A stretch of DNA of 63,094 nt, filler included, from Cladosporium halotolerans (taxonomy: Eukaryota): the NCBI RefSeq assembly GCF_011745625.1. It is 19 parts of 19 records of this genome, joined end to end, with 100 filler letters (N's around TTAATTAATTAA, not from the genome) between each part and the next. Parts side by side here need not be neighbours in the genome. Positions count along the whole stretch, not along the records: positions 37,860 to 41,069 come from NW_027191728.1; positions 41,170 to 44,329 come from NW_027191729.1; positions 44,430 to 47,568 come from NW_027191730.1; positions 47,669 to 50,708 come from NW_027191732.1; 15 more parts are not named here. One strand, given 5' to 3'. The notes below the pieces were generated by a model, which made no database searches, was not told where the DNA came from, and saw only the letters and a list, made by a program, of their open reading frames with translations. Shown here one piece after another: positions 37,760 to 49,996 of the stretch. The position numbers and the translations under genes were made by a program. The first letter of the stretch is position 1, and every line of letters starts with the position of its first letter.

Positions 37760-40329
37760 NNNNNNNNNNNNNNNNNNNNNNNNNNNNNNNNNNNNNNNNN
37801 NNNTTAATTAATTAANNNNNNNNNNNNNNNNNNNNNNNNNNNNNNNNNNNNNNNNNNNNGACGATGTAGCCAGCAAAGGAGATCACCATCATCACGGGTG
37901 CCTGCCTCCGCTTGGCTTGGTTGATAATAATGAGGCACATGGTAAAAGCCGGAACAAACTTTGTTCGCATCATGCGGGAGCATGGAAAGAGCCAGAGAAG
38001 TCGTCTAGAAGATTACTAGATGTGTCTTAAGCTCAATAGCATGAGTACAGTATGGGGGAAAAAAGTGCATGCAGAGGGAAGCAATAGCTCGAATTCGCCG
38101 GACTGAAACGCAGTGTTTCCCCAGAAACGACTGTTCCGCCGCCACTTACACGCGCAGACACTTCCACTGACACTATTGATGGGTGCTCAATTGAGCCTGG
38201 TCGATTTGGCGGCGAGACTATCTGCGCTAATGTCTGCTGTCATTAGCTTGATTCAATAGTGAATATTGCCTTACAGCAGTGAAGCCCACCCTGCCATGCT
38301 TTTGTCCACCGCTTAGTGAGAGCTGTTTTTCCGGGCTTTGAAGCAGATACCCAGCGCTTGTTATGACCAGTGCGACGCCACCTGATAGAGTACTGCGTAT
38401 GGCGATTACCTTCTTCGATCAATGTACCTTGACAGTAGTTCGGTCGGTCCGCGTTGTGGGAGGCAGCCAGCCCCTTACGCCAGTTCTCAAGAGGCTACCG
38501 ATGTGCCGTTCCCAAGCGGGGAAGGCAGACCTAAACAATGTGTAATGATTGAGTGCATTAGTAAATCACAAAGGCAAACGCACAGCACTCTGATGCGCTG
38601 TCAACGGAATCCTAAGATCGTCCGAGAAAATCTCAGCGACTCCTGGCGCAGGGTAACAGTGTAGCTCCGATCCAACTCAGACCTATTGCTGATTTTCCAG
38701 GTAACTATCTTGACATATGAATACTTGGAAATCGTTCAACAACATGCGTGAATGCCGTTCCTTCGATTTTGAGCGGCCAGGCGACATCTTCAACGCACTT
38801 GACGGCCTTCGACTAGCAGTCTCTGTACCACCCTTTGAACAGAGAACGGACCATCTGCAACCTTTGATCGATGCATCCAACAACTCCACCGCGCGGATCG
38901 ATCGACTTGCAGAACAAAATATCAATAAGATGGAAGACCCTGGTCAGTGCAAGCACAATAAACTCCTAGTCTTACTACTCGAGCCGACGATCATGCCAGA
39001 AGCAACGATCGGATGGGTGGATTCATTTTCACGGTGGCCCTCATGCGGATCGCTCAACGGATTCAACACGGCAATCATCATATGTCGAGCAATTGTACCG
39101 AATGCATCATACTCGAAGAATTACAAAAACGAAAGCGCGTGCGTGTACAGCAGTACTTAATCGTATCTCCGCTGACAACCGATATGAAGGACCGGCCAAT
39201 GTACCCTCAGAGCAGTAAAGAGGTCGATCAATGTCCTCGCTCCGGACATCATCATAACTTGCCAATGCAGCGTCGCACCTAGAAGCAATAATTTGATTTC
39301 AAGTCTCACAAAGCCTTTGAGATTTGCAGGGGAGATAACTCTTGCAAATGTGACGGGTAACGTGACAGTAGGATGATCAGGTGTAAGTACACACAGAAGG
39401 GCAACCTGTCCGGCGGATAAAGTAGAACGTGTGCGCGGAAGGCCCGCTGGAACATGCATCAGTCGCCATGTTTTGGCGGCCTTTTGTGCGTGGTGCCGAG
39501 GAGAATGGGCACACAGGCTAGACTCTATCGTGCCAACGGTATTCTGACAGCGAGGCGATGAGGCCTCCAGCCTTATCGCTTGCGTCGTGATACGTTGCGA
39601 TAGTGCGATGCAGTCCTGCGCGATACTGGAGCGCGCGTTGATCACTTTTCCTGCTGTTCGGCAACGCGCCGGGATTGCTGTGCCAAAATTCTCGTGATCA
39701 CGCGCGTCAGCAGTGCACGCGAGTCCCACCTTGTGCGCATCGTAAGTGCTCGTCCTGGCTCCGCCATCAGTGTGTCTCTGTTTCGTTTCCGGGTGCGCTA
39801 CGATTCGAGGACACTTCCGCGTTATTTATATATGGGGACAGAGTCAACACGTTTTTTCGAGGCTCGCTGGGCAATCGCGTGCGCCGGTCCTCAGGGTGAA
39901 AAGTGGGCTGATGTGGGGAAAATGGTAACGTTGGAGTCCTGCCCGCAACCATCAGGCCGGGGGTTGCACGGAGTTTGCATACCAGCTGAAGTACGCGTAC
40001 TGAGCGCGTTTGCCGCACGTTCTGCAAATCGCCCCTGTGCCAGGCAGGCCGGGAAGGTGAACTTTTGTTTCATCATTGAAGATGAGTTCCCTTATCACGT
40101 CAGTCTGTTCCTTATTGGCAAATCTGTCAATGGCCGCCGTTGCGCGCCCGTCGTCGCGGGGCGAGGACACGCCGGCCGTGCTGACGCGTCCAAGCCGACA
40201 ACGCGTCTCACGCATCGAGGTCGACCATCAAAAATTGCATAGAGGAATCATAAAGAGACAGCTCTGTCTCAAGCGTCTGGAACGATCAGCGAAACTTCAA
40301 AAATTCGGCTTGACACCGTCTTGAGGGCC

Positions 40330-40970
40330 ATCGCGGGTGTGCGCGAGTCTGTTCACGAGCGCTTCGCGCTTATGCAGGAGGCCATCACCGAGAGATCGGA
40401 CATCGAACAAATCAGAGAGATCATATCGGATGAGTTGAGGTTTTTCGTCCGAGTTAAAGTTTCCGTGTAACTTTCAATCGTAGATGACATCCGGAAAGAG
40501 GTCGCGAAGACTGTGCAGCTACAGGTGAGTGAGGCAGTGCGTAATGAGGTCAACAACGTGGTGCGGCAAGAGGTCAAAGAGTATCACTCAGGGTGAGATC
40601 GTGAGCAGTGTCAATGAGCAAGCCGCTGCAGCTATTCGACAACATGCTACCGCCATAGTGTAACAGCAGGTCACCCGTATAGTGCAGCAGCAGGCAGGTC
40701 ACCAGCATAGTTCAACAACCGGTCACCTCTATCGTCTAGGAACAGATCACAGCCATCATCGAAAAGCAGTATCCAGCATCCAAATTTCCAGTCCAAGCCC
40801 TACGTACGCCGACGTCGCTCGCACCCCACCAAACAGTCACCCTAGTAACTTGAGGACGCTCTCCAACCAGACTCCGTCGACCCTGACGGACACACTGTAC
40901 TGCACGGTGGGCGTTTCCAACGTGGAAGAGCAGGAGAGGGACAGGGCCAATGCGAGCACATTCAGACAGG
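40330..40970 (+). mobile_element. Degenerate Tad1-like LINE ORF1 relic, truncated by LTR-B
   Basis: SPTYADVARTPPNSHPSNLRTLS...TDTLYCTV resembles fungal LINE ORF1. The upstream heptad-like region contains stops. Confidence 0.65.
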
Positions 40971-41069
40971 TGTTGATCATTTTCTGATCAGTAGCATCGT
41001 GCGCAATATCATCCCATATCTTCTCTACATTCTGGAGGTAAGGACTGTATATATGTAGCCAACCTGAAA
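40971..41069 (-). mobile_element. LTR family B, 3' part (cut by the contig end)
   Basis: Reverse complement matches the 3' ~100 bp of the other LTR-B copies. Confidence 0.9.
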
Positions 41070-41169
41070 NNNNNNNNNNNNNNNNNNNNNNNNNNNNNNN
41101 NNNNNNNNNNNNNTTAATTAATTAANNNNNNNNNNNNNNNNNNNNNNNNNNNNNNNNNNNNNNNNNNNN

Positions 41170-41267
41170 GCTTGATTGCTTGATTGGCTGCGCAACTTTT
41201 GATTGATTGACTGCTTGATCAAGCGCTTGATCAAGCATCAAGCAGTGCTTGGTTGTGCAGAAGTCTG
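41170..41267. mobile_element. hAT-like terminus (family 3)
   Basis: GCTTGATT/GATT subterminal arrays ending in ...TGCAGAAGTCTG (reverse complement CAGACTTCTGCA). Confidence 0.65.
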
Positions 41268-42779
41268 ATTGTTGGTGAACGCGGTACTGGCGTGTGCATC
41301 GGTGAGCGTGCAAATCTTGAGCAATGGTGCTGTTATTGAATCTAATTACTTGCAGCTCTTTTCCGAAGTCGACGGAGCTTTCGCTCAACCAGATCACATT
41401 CTGACTCGCGGAGAACATTTCATCACGAAGCCATGCGGCTATGGACGCTGGAACGCGGTCAAAGATCTTTAACCAACGTCCAAGCTCTACTGATCCTTGC
41501 CATCGAGTGAGTATCGCTAATGCATTGATCACAGGCATAGCTGATGTCGTTTCTTAGATCCTGTTGGCGGTGTATGGATCGCTTGGGTTGGTCGCTTATG
41601 GAGACCGTCGTTGGAATGAATGGAAGCCTCGAGATTCCAGAAGCGAGGCCCAGTTCCAACGACGCGATGACTGAGTATGCACGAGTAAGAACATGCATCG
41701 CATCTTCAGTACACTGGATCCAGGTGTAAGAATGCCCACGTGATCTATGGAGCCATGACTAATGAACACAGCGCTTTCGCCCATGCTATCATGCGCCGCC
41801 CTGAGCTTTCGACCGACGCTATTATCAATGCGCCATCGTTGGCGAAAATTTTACCAGACACAACTGTTTACTGGAAAGGCTATCCGTATATCCAGACTCC
41901 TACACCGATCAGGCTGAATCGCTTAATGCAAGAGCGCCAGACCCTAATGAGTTTCATGATGCAAGCTACACAGGTTCTTCCACATCATGGCACAGATGGT
42001 GCAGGACAACGTCTTTACACTGCGCTAGAATCTCTAGCTGGAAGGTTGGAGTCTTGGAGAGAGACGCTTCCTGCTGATCTGAGTTATAAGTCAGACATGG
42101 CATCAGCCTTGTTTGAGTTTCAGTATGTCTAAGCTTCAATGTACTTGCTTTTGATGATGCTAACAAACATAGCGCCCAAATATGTGTCATTCAATTGTCG
42201 TTATACGACCAATGGATTCAAACATTTTCGGCCTCCGTCGACGAAGGATATTTGAACAGCTCAGAGATCGAGGATCTTCGACAACGTATGCTGGAGCTTA
42301 CGCACACCACGGGCAGCTTGCTTCAAGACTACCGTAAAAAATACGGATCCAAAAGCACGCCCGCCATCTTATACCAGCAGGCAACCGTGGCTGCTTTCAT
42401 CTTGCCGCGGGAAATGGACAACAACACGGATTTGGAACGCCCGGCTATTGCTTCGAGCTTGCACCTATCCCGCAATGACAGCAACGAAAGAGCTTTCGAA
42501 GAGAGCTTACGTTGCTTACTGGCTTGTGGTGTGCAGTTAGTCCAGCCTCGGGGTATTGCGTGAATGCTTTACCACACAGCGATCAGTCTCAAGACACGCC
42601 TCCCGGAGACCGTGAAGCAGATGTTCCACATCATAGCCGAGACAGCTTGGCAACCATCAGACATCCATCGCTTTGACTCCTGCTATCCAAACTTGATTCT
42701 AGCGACCAAATCCGGCGCAGAGCCTGGAGATTATGAGATGGACAGTGTTTTGCAGAAGTGGGAGAGTATGGAGTTGTGA
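41268..42779 (+). pseudogene. Fungal-specific transcription factor (MHR domain; NirA/Nit-4-like) relic
   Basis: LLVNAVLACAS, ILTRGEHF, LESWRETLPADL and LLQDYRKKYG. Frameshifts and an in-frame TGA at 42561; the 5' end is replaced by a hAT terminus. Confidence 0.7.
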
Positions 42780-42832
42780 GAAAGCTGGTTACTATGAGTG
42801 TGGGGCATGGGCGGTACTCCACGTGTGATCGA

Positions 42833-43544
42833 CTACTTAGGGAACTTCCTGAACACATCCGCAACACGGTCAAATGGTGCCATCAACAGCCCCATGACAG
42901 TCTCGAACGGGGGATGCTCGCCAGCACTCGGGTGGCTGCGAGTGGGTACGAACGCCTTGGTTCTACCGAAACTTGTCGCTAGCTCGTGTGACTCCTCGCC
43001 CTTGTTCATGAGCGCCGACTCGAGGCTCACGAGGTCCCGCTTCTCTTCCTCTTCGATATGCTCGGAAAGGAGATCCCATATTTCTTTGAGCTTCGTGGTG
43101 TACTCTGGGTCTGTGGATTTCATGCCCTGGAAGATCTTGAGGCGTTCCTTCACCTTTTGAGATGGTCAATAATTAGGACTACATGGCAATTCAAGGCAGA
43201 CAAACCTGATGGTGCTCTTTGCGGTCGTCTTCAGCCATCTTTTTGCCTTTGTCGCCTAAGTACCTCTCAAACGCAGGATAGACCACCAATTCCTCTCCTA
43301 TTGAGTGACGGGCCAACTCCCAGGTGAATTGATTACCGAACCGCTGCTGATGATCATGTCTTCCAGGGTTTTGGATCACCTCGTTATAATAATGCTTGAG
43401 CTCGCCATGGTCTTTGGTAATGGCTTCTGTGATTGTGGCCATTCTAGCAGACTCAATTGCGTACGTACGGCGAAGGCGTAGTGTGGGTTGAAGGGCACCA
43501 GTGACTCTAGGCGAGGTTCGCGAGATATAACGAATAGATAACAT
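42833..43544 (-). CDS. Hemerythrin/HHE cation-binding domain protein, intron 43154-43205
   Basis: KDHGEL, ELARHSIGEELVVYP, EHHQ|VKE, EHIEEEE and PTRSHP. The GT-AG intron joins two ORFs in frame. Confidence 0.93.
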
Positions 43545-43947
43545 TTTGAGCTTGTCCCTCGATCGAAGATGGTGTATTGACCTATGTTTATCAATGTCAG
43601 GGGACACTTGCATTCTCTTAAGAAGCGTGACATGGCTCTAGTAGGAAGCTATATGGGATGCCATCGCCGGGGTCTTACCCTAAGGTGATGCATGTATTGC
43701 GGCGTTTCGAATAGTGGAGTGCGAAGCGCCCCTCATGGTTTGCTGGTTTGGTTTTGGTCTTGGAAGCTCTGCCCTCGTCTGATAATATCGCCGTCACTCG
43801 AAAGTAAGCTGCATCAGCATTGCATTCATATGATGTGTGGCTGACTGAGTCCAAACTGCAACATAGTCAGCTGCATCAAGATTGCATGTTTATGATGGGT
43901 GGCTGATCAAGTCCGATTGCTCAGGGACCATGGTAAGGTCCGAGCTA

Positions 43948-43988
43948 AATCCACGTGGGTACAATCCACGCGGGTACAATCCACGCGG
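43948..43988. repeat. 15-bp tandem repeat AATCCACG(C/T)GGGTAC x 2.7
   Basis: Read directly from the sequence. Confidence 0.9.
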
Positions 43989-44429
43989 AGGCAAGCGAGC
44001 TCCACAATCCAACCAAGCAAGCCCCACAACTCCAAGCGTGACTCCAGGCCACAAAGACGCAGTTAATGGTCGAGTCGAGCTCCTGGCCCGGCGCCGAAGC
44101 AGGCTTTACCAGCCTAACTCTTTGCCGAGATCCCTAGCGTGGTAGATTCATTGTGGCTCTGAAAGGACTCGCAGACGCTTCGCAAGGGATTCACTATTCA
44201 GGCCCAGACACACCAAGCAAGCTTGATGATTCCTCGCCAAAAGGCAACGGAGGAGAACACTGATCTCCTACTAACCCTAAGGCGGCGCTAACCGTAAAAG
44301 GTTACAGAACTTCCGCTTACATCGACTTTNNNNNNNNNNNNNNNNNNNNNNNNNNNNNNNNNNNNNNNNNNNNTTAATTAATTAANNNNNNNNNNNNNNN
44401 NNNNNNNNNNNNNNNNNNNNNNNNNNNNN

Positions 44430-47400
44430 CAGTGGTGTCCACAAGCAAGCAAGCGCCATGCTTGAGGTCCGCCCGCTTGCTTGCTTGATTTGGGGTCGTG
44501 TGCTTGCTTGCTTGCTTGATTCGACCGAAGATGCTTGATGCTTGCTTGATTGCTTGAGTACACAAGGTCACGCCGCTTGCAAATGACTGAAATATCTGAC
44601 GACGTGAAAGCAGGGACAGATTTGCCCTGAGTTTTTTAAAAATCTGTTCACAAAATGTCTCCATTATGACGCTCTTGGAGACTATGGGATGAAGACTAAA
44701 CACTCATCAAGTCCAGAAGCACTGACCATGTCAGTATCTACACGTCCCGGTGATTCCTTACTCGCCGAAACACTTTCCCTCACGTTTTCCATTTGCACCT
44801 GCTGCAAAGTGTCCCATGCTTTTTGCCCATTCGCAACTTTGTTGATCAGCCAGCTCTTCAAACACTGTCCCGCCTCGATCACGTCCTGTTTCAGATTGAA
44901 TCGTTCGTCGGTGATCATACGTTTTGCCTGGCTGAATGCTCTCTCACATTCAGCTGACATACCTGGTATCGCAAGCAGCTTGAAAGCGAGCTTCGCAAGG
45001 GTGGGAAACATCCTCTGGCCAAAGTCTCTCCACCAAGCGATAGGCTGGTTCTTGTAGAGATCGGTGACGTTGAGATCCTCGAGTGAGAGCTCCAGGAAGC
45101 GATCCAGTTCAGAGTCCTCGCGCTTGCGTTTCTTCTTGCATCGCTCAGCAGAGATTGTGGCGTTGCGTCTTACAGTGTTGAAGAAATTGTCGAACTGTGC
45201 ATATATGTCGTCGGTTTCCTTTATCGATGTATCCGTTGCAGGCTCGCTATGCGAACCCGTCGAGAAGTTTTCACTCTTGCGCAGAGTGCTGAGAAATTCG
45301 GTGTAACATGCTGCGACGGCATTCTGCGCGTTCTTGATCTCCGACCTGGAGCGAGGTACTTTTGCCCACGCGTTAGCAAAGTAGTCGTTGCGGTAACAAG
45401 GGTGCAGAGCGATCGCTGCACGATACAATCGTGTGTGGTCGGATTTCCCATAGTACTCCTTTAGCTTCTCAAAACCATGATTGATACAGTGACGGTAGTG
45501 ATCCACAAACAGATCGGGATTCTTTGATACATCATCGGCGCGGATCTTGAGCATCATGAACAAGAAATCAAAGGCGGGAAGGACCTCCCATAAAGCTCCA
45601 TGACTGCCTTCCAGCGACAGCTTATTTCCTTTGCCTTCCAATCTTTCCGTAGCAAGCTTGAACGGCAACAGCAGTTCTTCATAGTGGCGGAGTTCCTCCC
45701 AATCCCCTTCAAATAGAAAGTCTTGGGAGAGGTCGTACGCCTTGGTGTCCTGCCTGCGCCACTGACGGCAATAGGAGCGGATCGGGTTCTCAAGCAGAAG
45801 CGCACGGGCGATCATTCTGTAGACGCTGTTCCATCGTATCCCAGTATCCTTTACCAGGCGGTAGCAGAACGTGGTAATGTCGTCGGCGATGTCCCGCTGC
45901 GCTTCGTTGAACATCTGTATGCGTTGATCCGAACGCATGATGTACCGGACGATGTTGTGGAGCTTGCCAATTGCATGCTGTCTCCGCCATATATCGAAAC
46001 TCTCGTCGTCACCAGCATCGCTCAGCTCCTTTTGAAAAGCAGCAAGTCCCTCGCCGAACAACAACGCTTTGACAACGAGATTGACGGTATGCCCCCAACA
46101 GCGCAGCCGACATTGTGCCGGATCAAGGCCGAACTCTTGAGCGAGAATTTCGACGGCTGTGTCGTTGTTTGCAGCATTGTCAAGCACAAAGGCGCCAATC
46201 TTTCGTTGTATGCCGTAATCGCGAATCAGGGCTGAAACGGCATTTGCGATCTTCTCACCGGAATGTTGGCCTTCGAGCCGTGGCATTCCGATCAACGCAT
46301 TGCGAAGCAGGCAGTCTTTGTCGATCCAGTGAGCGACTACTCCGAGAAGCGAGAGGCCGTTCGGTGAAGACCAGCCATCGAAGGATAAGCTGACATCGCT
46401 GAGAGATGTATGCAAGGACTCAGCGACCTCAGGCTTACGTTGTTCGTATGCATCCATCAACCAGCGGCGCGCACTACTACGCTGCGGAAGAAGATTGGTA
46501 ACTTTAGGGCCACTACGAGCGAGTAGTCTCTGCAGATGAGGGCTCGTAGCTTGGGACAAAGTGATGTCGTCTTTCGCGATCCAGTTTACGTAGTCTTCGC
46601 GCCATCTTTCCTCCCAGAGGTGCTCGTCCATGAATCCTTCAATACGCCCTTGTGCTTGCACGCTCTCCTCCAGACGCTCTAGGCCGATGCCATGCTGGTC
46701 GTTAAGATGGCGAGTGCAATTGGTGGAAGCCTGGGCATTCATGACCTTGATACGGCCCTGCTCATGGCAGTATCGACAGATCCAGTGCTTGATCCATTTG
46801 CCGCTAGGGCCTCTCTTCTCTAGCTCAACACCATGGAGGTATATCCATGAGATCTTATTTCCGCCGAGCCTTCGATTGCTGCGGAAACAGCGGCGGTATC
46901 CAGAAAGCTCGGGTCTGTGTAGTGGAACTGTGAAAGTGCAGCGTGTTGATGCCAGCACCGTATTCCTGGTATCTATCTCTTCCTCTTCGTCGTCATCATC
47001 GTCCACTTCTGTTGACGGGATGGGGGTCGAGGCTAAGGCGGATGGGTTCGAGGTGCTTGGAGATGGAGATATGCATCCCTTGGGGCGTGTCGCGAGCTCT
47101 GGAGAGCCTTTCCCAGGCGTTTTCGAGCATTTGGGCGTGAGTTGAAAGGCTAGTGTTGCTTGGGTGATCTTCCGCACTTTACGCGGCGGCGAATTCATGA
47201 TGGCCAAGCTCGCAACCAATGCGATCAGTGGTACACGCTTCTGCGAGAGCAGAAAATCAGGGTCCACAGCGGGGGAATCAGAGTTCCAGCACGTATCTCC
47301 GGCGGAAGGCTGCGGGCCGTGGTCTGCGATCTCTCGTTTAGCGCGAGCTCGCTTTATTTTGTGATCGGTGCTCTGGGACAGCACGTATATACGTTATACC

Positions 47401-47568
47401 GTTCAATAATCCACTACCAAAGAAATATATCAAGCATAGCCAAGCGGCTTGAGACCTCATGTGCTTGCTTGCTTGATCACGGTCCTTTGGCTTGCTTGCT
47501 TGCTTGGTGCTCATAATAGCCAAGCGCAAGCAAGCCGCTCGTACTGGACTTGCTTGTGGACACCACTG
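44430..47568 (-). mobile_element. Full-length, apparently autonomous hAT transposon (family 1b)
   Basis: 20-bp perfect TIR CAGTGGTGTCCACAAGCAAG exactly at both contig ends, GCTT subterminal arrays and an intact ORF. Confidence 0.97.
44682..47384 (-). CDS. hAT transposase (up to 900 aa; true start uncertain)
   Basis: BED zinc finger, D (SFDGW), D (LDNA), CxxH, RW and E (ECERAFS) with dimerisation domain. Confidence 0.96.
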   Translation of the reverse strand: MLSQSTDHKIKRARAKREIADHGPQPSAGDTCWNSDSPAVDPDFLLSQKRVPLIALVASLAIMNSPPRKVRKITQATLAFQLTPKCSKTPGKGSPELATRPKGCISPSPSTSNPSALASTPIPSTEVDDDDDEEEEIDTRNTVLASTRCTFTVPLHRPELSGYRRCFRSNRRLGGNKISWIYLHGVELEKRGPSGKWIKHWICRYCHEQGRIKVMNAQASTNCTRHLNDQHGIGLERLEESVQAQGRIEGFMDEHLWEERWREDYVNWIAKDDITLSQATSPHLQRLLARSGPKVTNLLPQRSSARRWLMDAYEQRKPEVAESLHTSLSDVSLSFDGWSSPNGLSLLGVVAHWIDKDCLLRNALIGMPRLEGQHSGEKIANAVSALIRDYGIQRKIGAFVLDNAANNDTAVEILAQEFGLDPAQCRLRCWGHTVNLVVKALLFGEGLAAFQKELSDAGDDESFDIWRRQHAIGKLHNIVRYIMRSDQRIQMFNEAQRDIADDITTFCYRLVKDTGIRWNSVYRMIARALLLENPIRSYCRQWRRQDTKAYDLSQDFLFEGDWEELRHYEELLLPFKLATERLEGKGNKLSLEGSHGALWEVLPAFDFLFMMLKIRADDVSKNPDLFVDHYRHCINHGFEKLKEYYGKSDHTRLYRAAIALHPCYRNDYFANAWAKVPRSRSEIKNAQNAVAACYTEFLSTLRKSENFSTGSHSEPATDTSIKETDDIYAQFDNFFNTVRRNATISAERCKKKRKREDSELDRFLELSLEDLNVTDLYKNQPIAWWRDFGQRMFPTLAKLAFKLLAIPGMSAECERAFSQAKRMITDERFNLKQDVIEAGQCLKSWLINKVANGQKAWDTLQQVQMENVRESVSASKESPGRVDTDMVSASGLDECLVFIP

Positions 47569-48562
47569 NNNNNNNNNNNNNNNNNNNNNNNNNNNNNNNN
47601 NNNNNNNNNNNNTTAATTAATTAANNNNNNNNNNNNNNNNNNNNNNNNNNNNNNNNNNNNNNNNNNNNATTCCTCCTGTCGAGATATGCGACGATAGAGC
47701 CATGTGTTGACAAACGCGTCGCGTGAGCACGCGGTGGGTCTGTGCACACGGTGGGGAAGACTTCTACCCCACAAACCTTGTTCCGGATTGCTCCGGGAAT
47801 GGCTACGCAGCCGTTCCTGCAAGCCCCGGTGATTCCTCCAGTGCGAACTATGGCGCCACGCCTTGCAAAGCGTATCGCTGATGCAGCAGCATGCATAGGT
47901 ATCCGCAGCCGATTGCGCCTCTTTCGCAAAATCAGCAAATGCAGTGCAACCACCATGGTGTCACCTCTCGTATAGCGATTGATTCGGCCATCGTGGGCAA
48001 AGTCTGCTTCACCATTTCCGAGATGCGGGAAACATCACGGTTTCGTACCGTTAACGGTTGGTGGTCAGAGTTGGCTTCCACACTCTCTCGGGACGGCCCG
48101 TATGCTCAGCTGGCCCGATTGTCGCTTTATACCGACCAGGAGCGATCAAGCCGGCATCCCTGTCCGTGGCATTTGCTGCTTCATCGTGCGATCCATGAAT
48201 CCTCGCGTGTTCGCATCGATCTCCATACAATACGCCCGTCTTGCTGTTCTGTACTGTTATTTGCGTTCGGCATTTCTGTATTCGCGCAACAATGTACAGC
48301 ATCAGACCGTGTTTCATCTATAGAATCCGATGGAAACTCAGCGAATCAACATCACGTGCATCATTGCACGTAGTCGTCGTGCGTCGTCGTCTCAAACGCC
48401 ATCGCTCTACTGGCCAACACTACAACACTTGTGTGTACCTGCGCCGAAACCCGTACCTGCCGTTATTTAGTACAATCACATGGGCGCAAAATCACATGGG
48501 CGCAAATCCTTGTAAGAGTTCACAAGAGGCATTCCCGGCGCCCTCGGCCCGGCGTAAGCACT

Positions 48563-49969
48563 ATGGCTGGTCTACCGGACTTGCATATCCCACACAACGG
48601 TGAAGCCACCTCCGCATTCAACGACCCTGATGCGTTCGGTGTCTTCTGGGATGAACTCAATCCTGGCGTCCTGCCCCAGTCATGCTTGGAGTCCGGCGGC
48701 CTTTCCAACGACACCTTTCCACTTGAAGAGCAGGAACAAAACGGTGATGTGGAAGACGGCGGAGAACAGGGACGTCATGAGGACCAACTCCTATTGCAAG
48801 AATGGAATGGAGTTGCTGAGCCACCTGGGGGCACACTGCGCTACGATGTAGAGTGGAGGGCTGTTCTGACGACGACACGGCTTGGCATCAACACTGAAGA
48901 AGACATCTTTGTGACCCTAAGGGCTTACTGGGATACAAGCCTCCAACGGGAACTGGACGCCTCACTAGCACGGAGGTTCCCGCAGCAAAGTCGGCCCGAG
49001 CCCTGTAGTACCCTTGTAGTAGTTTCAGTAAGCAAGCGTGGAGAACGTGCCTTGACGAAAGAGTTTGTAGGTCTCGATGTTGATTGGTCCGTCATCCAAG
49101 ACAAACTGGAGTCGTGGGCCGATCTTTTTCGGGAGGGCAACCGCCCGCATGTCAAGTTTACTTTCCGCTTTCAGCCTCAAGATCGAATAAATTCTGCGCC
49201 AAGAGCACGGCAGTCTGCTACTCGACGCATGCGCCAACAGCAAGCCCTGCAACAAGGTGCTGAAGTGCACGCTAGCGGGGAAGCAGCACACTGGCGGGCT
49301 GTTTACCGGACCATGCGCTGCCCTGGCCGCCCATGCAAGAATGATCAAGGCTACTGCTGGCGCGACCCGCATGGTGGGAGACATTATAAGCTCTTGACAG
49401 CCCACATGAGGAAGCTTGTCACCCATTTGAACGAGGGAAACAAATTCGAAAGCCATCACGACGTTCCTGACGCCATTCGACAGCAGCTATACGCGGAAAC
49501 TGATCAACGTGTCCAAGCGAGCCAAGACACAAGGCCCACCCACCCAAGGATGGCGCAGATGCAAATATGCGAATCTTCTCCATCTTCCGAGCAAGGAGGC
49601 CAGTATGCCTCGCCCGGGCGCACTCCACCTACCACTATTGCGACTCCTAGGCCTCTTGTGCTAGAGGCCCTGACTATCCCCGGGCCGCACGAGAAGGCAA
49701 TAGAGGACTATGTCAAGTGGCATCAAGAGCAGGCTGACACCCCGGAGTGGATCCGCCAGTTTGCCAAAGCCGGGGACATCCTTGTAACGCAAGGCTTCAA
49801 ATTGAACTTGTTTTACCAAACGCAGCGCATAGATCTGCTCACTGAAGGAGGTGTGCTGCAAGGAATAGCAGAGTCATTCCACAATGATATACCACAATGG
49901 CTGCCGGAGTATCGGCAGAAGCTCCAACAAAGTCCTACCTACGACCGCGAGACGCCTGGTTGCATTTAG
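48563..49969 (+). CDS. Hypothetical protein (~468 aa) with putative CCCH Zn-binding motif
   Basis: Intact ORF with CPGRPCKNDQGYCWRDPHGGRH (C-x4-C-x6-C-x8-H). Confidence 0.8.
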   Translation: MAGLPDLHIPHNGEATSAFNDPDAFGVFWDELNPGVLPQSCLESGGLSNDTFPLEEQEQNGDVEDGGEQGRHEDQLLLQEWNGVAEPPGGTLRYDVEWRAVLTTTRLGINTEEDIFVTLRAYWDTSLQRELDASLARRFPQQSRPEPCSTLVVVSVSKRGERALTKEFVGLDVDWSVIQDKLESWADLFREGNRPHVKFTFRFQPQDRINSAPRARQSATRRMRQQQALQQGAEVHASGEAAHWRAVYRTMRCPGRPCKNDQGYCWRDPHGGRHYKLLTAHMRKLVTHLNEGNKFESHHDVPDAIRQQLYAETDQRVQASQDTRPTHPRMAQMQICESSPSSEQGGQYASPGRTPPTTIATPRPLVLEALTIPGPHEKAIEDYVKWHQEQADTPEWIRQFAKAGDILVTQGFKLNLFYQTQRIDLLTEGGVLQGIAESFHNDIPQWLPEYRQKLQQSPTYDRETPGCI

Positions 49970-49996
49970 TGGACTTCATCAATTAATAATCTGCAT

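Noticed and set aside
38717..39160. 147-aa ATG ORF in contig 12
   Set aside because: No recognisable family or supporting exon structure.
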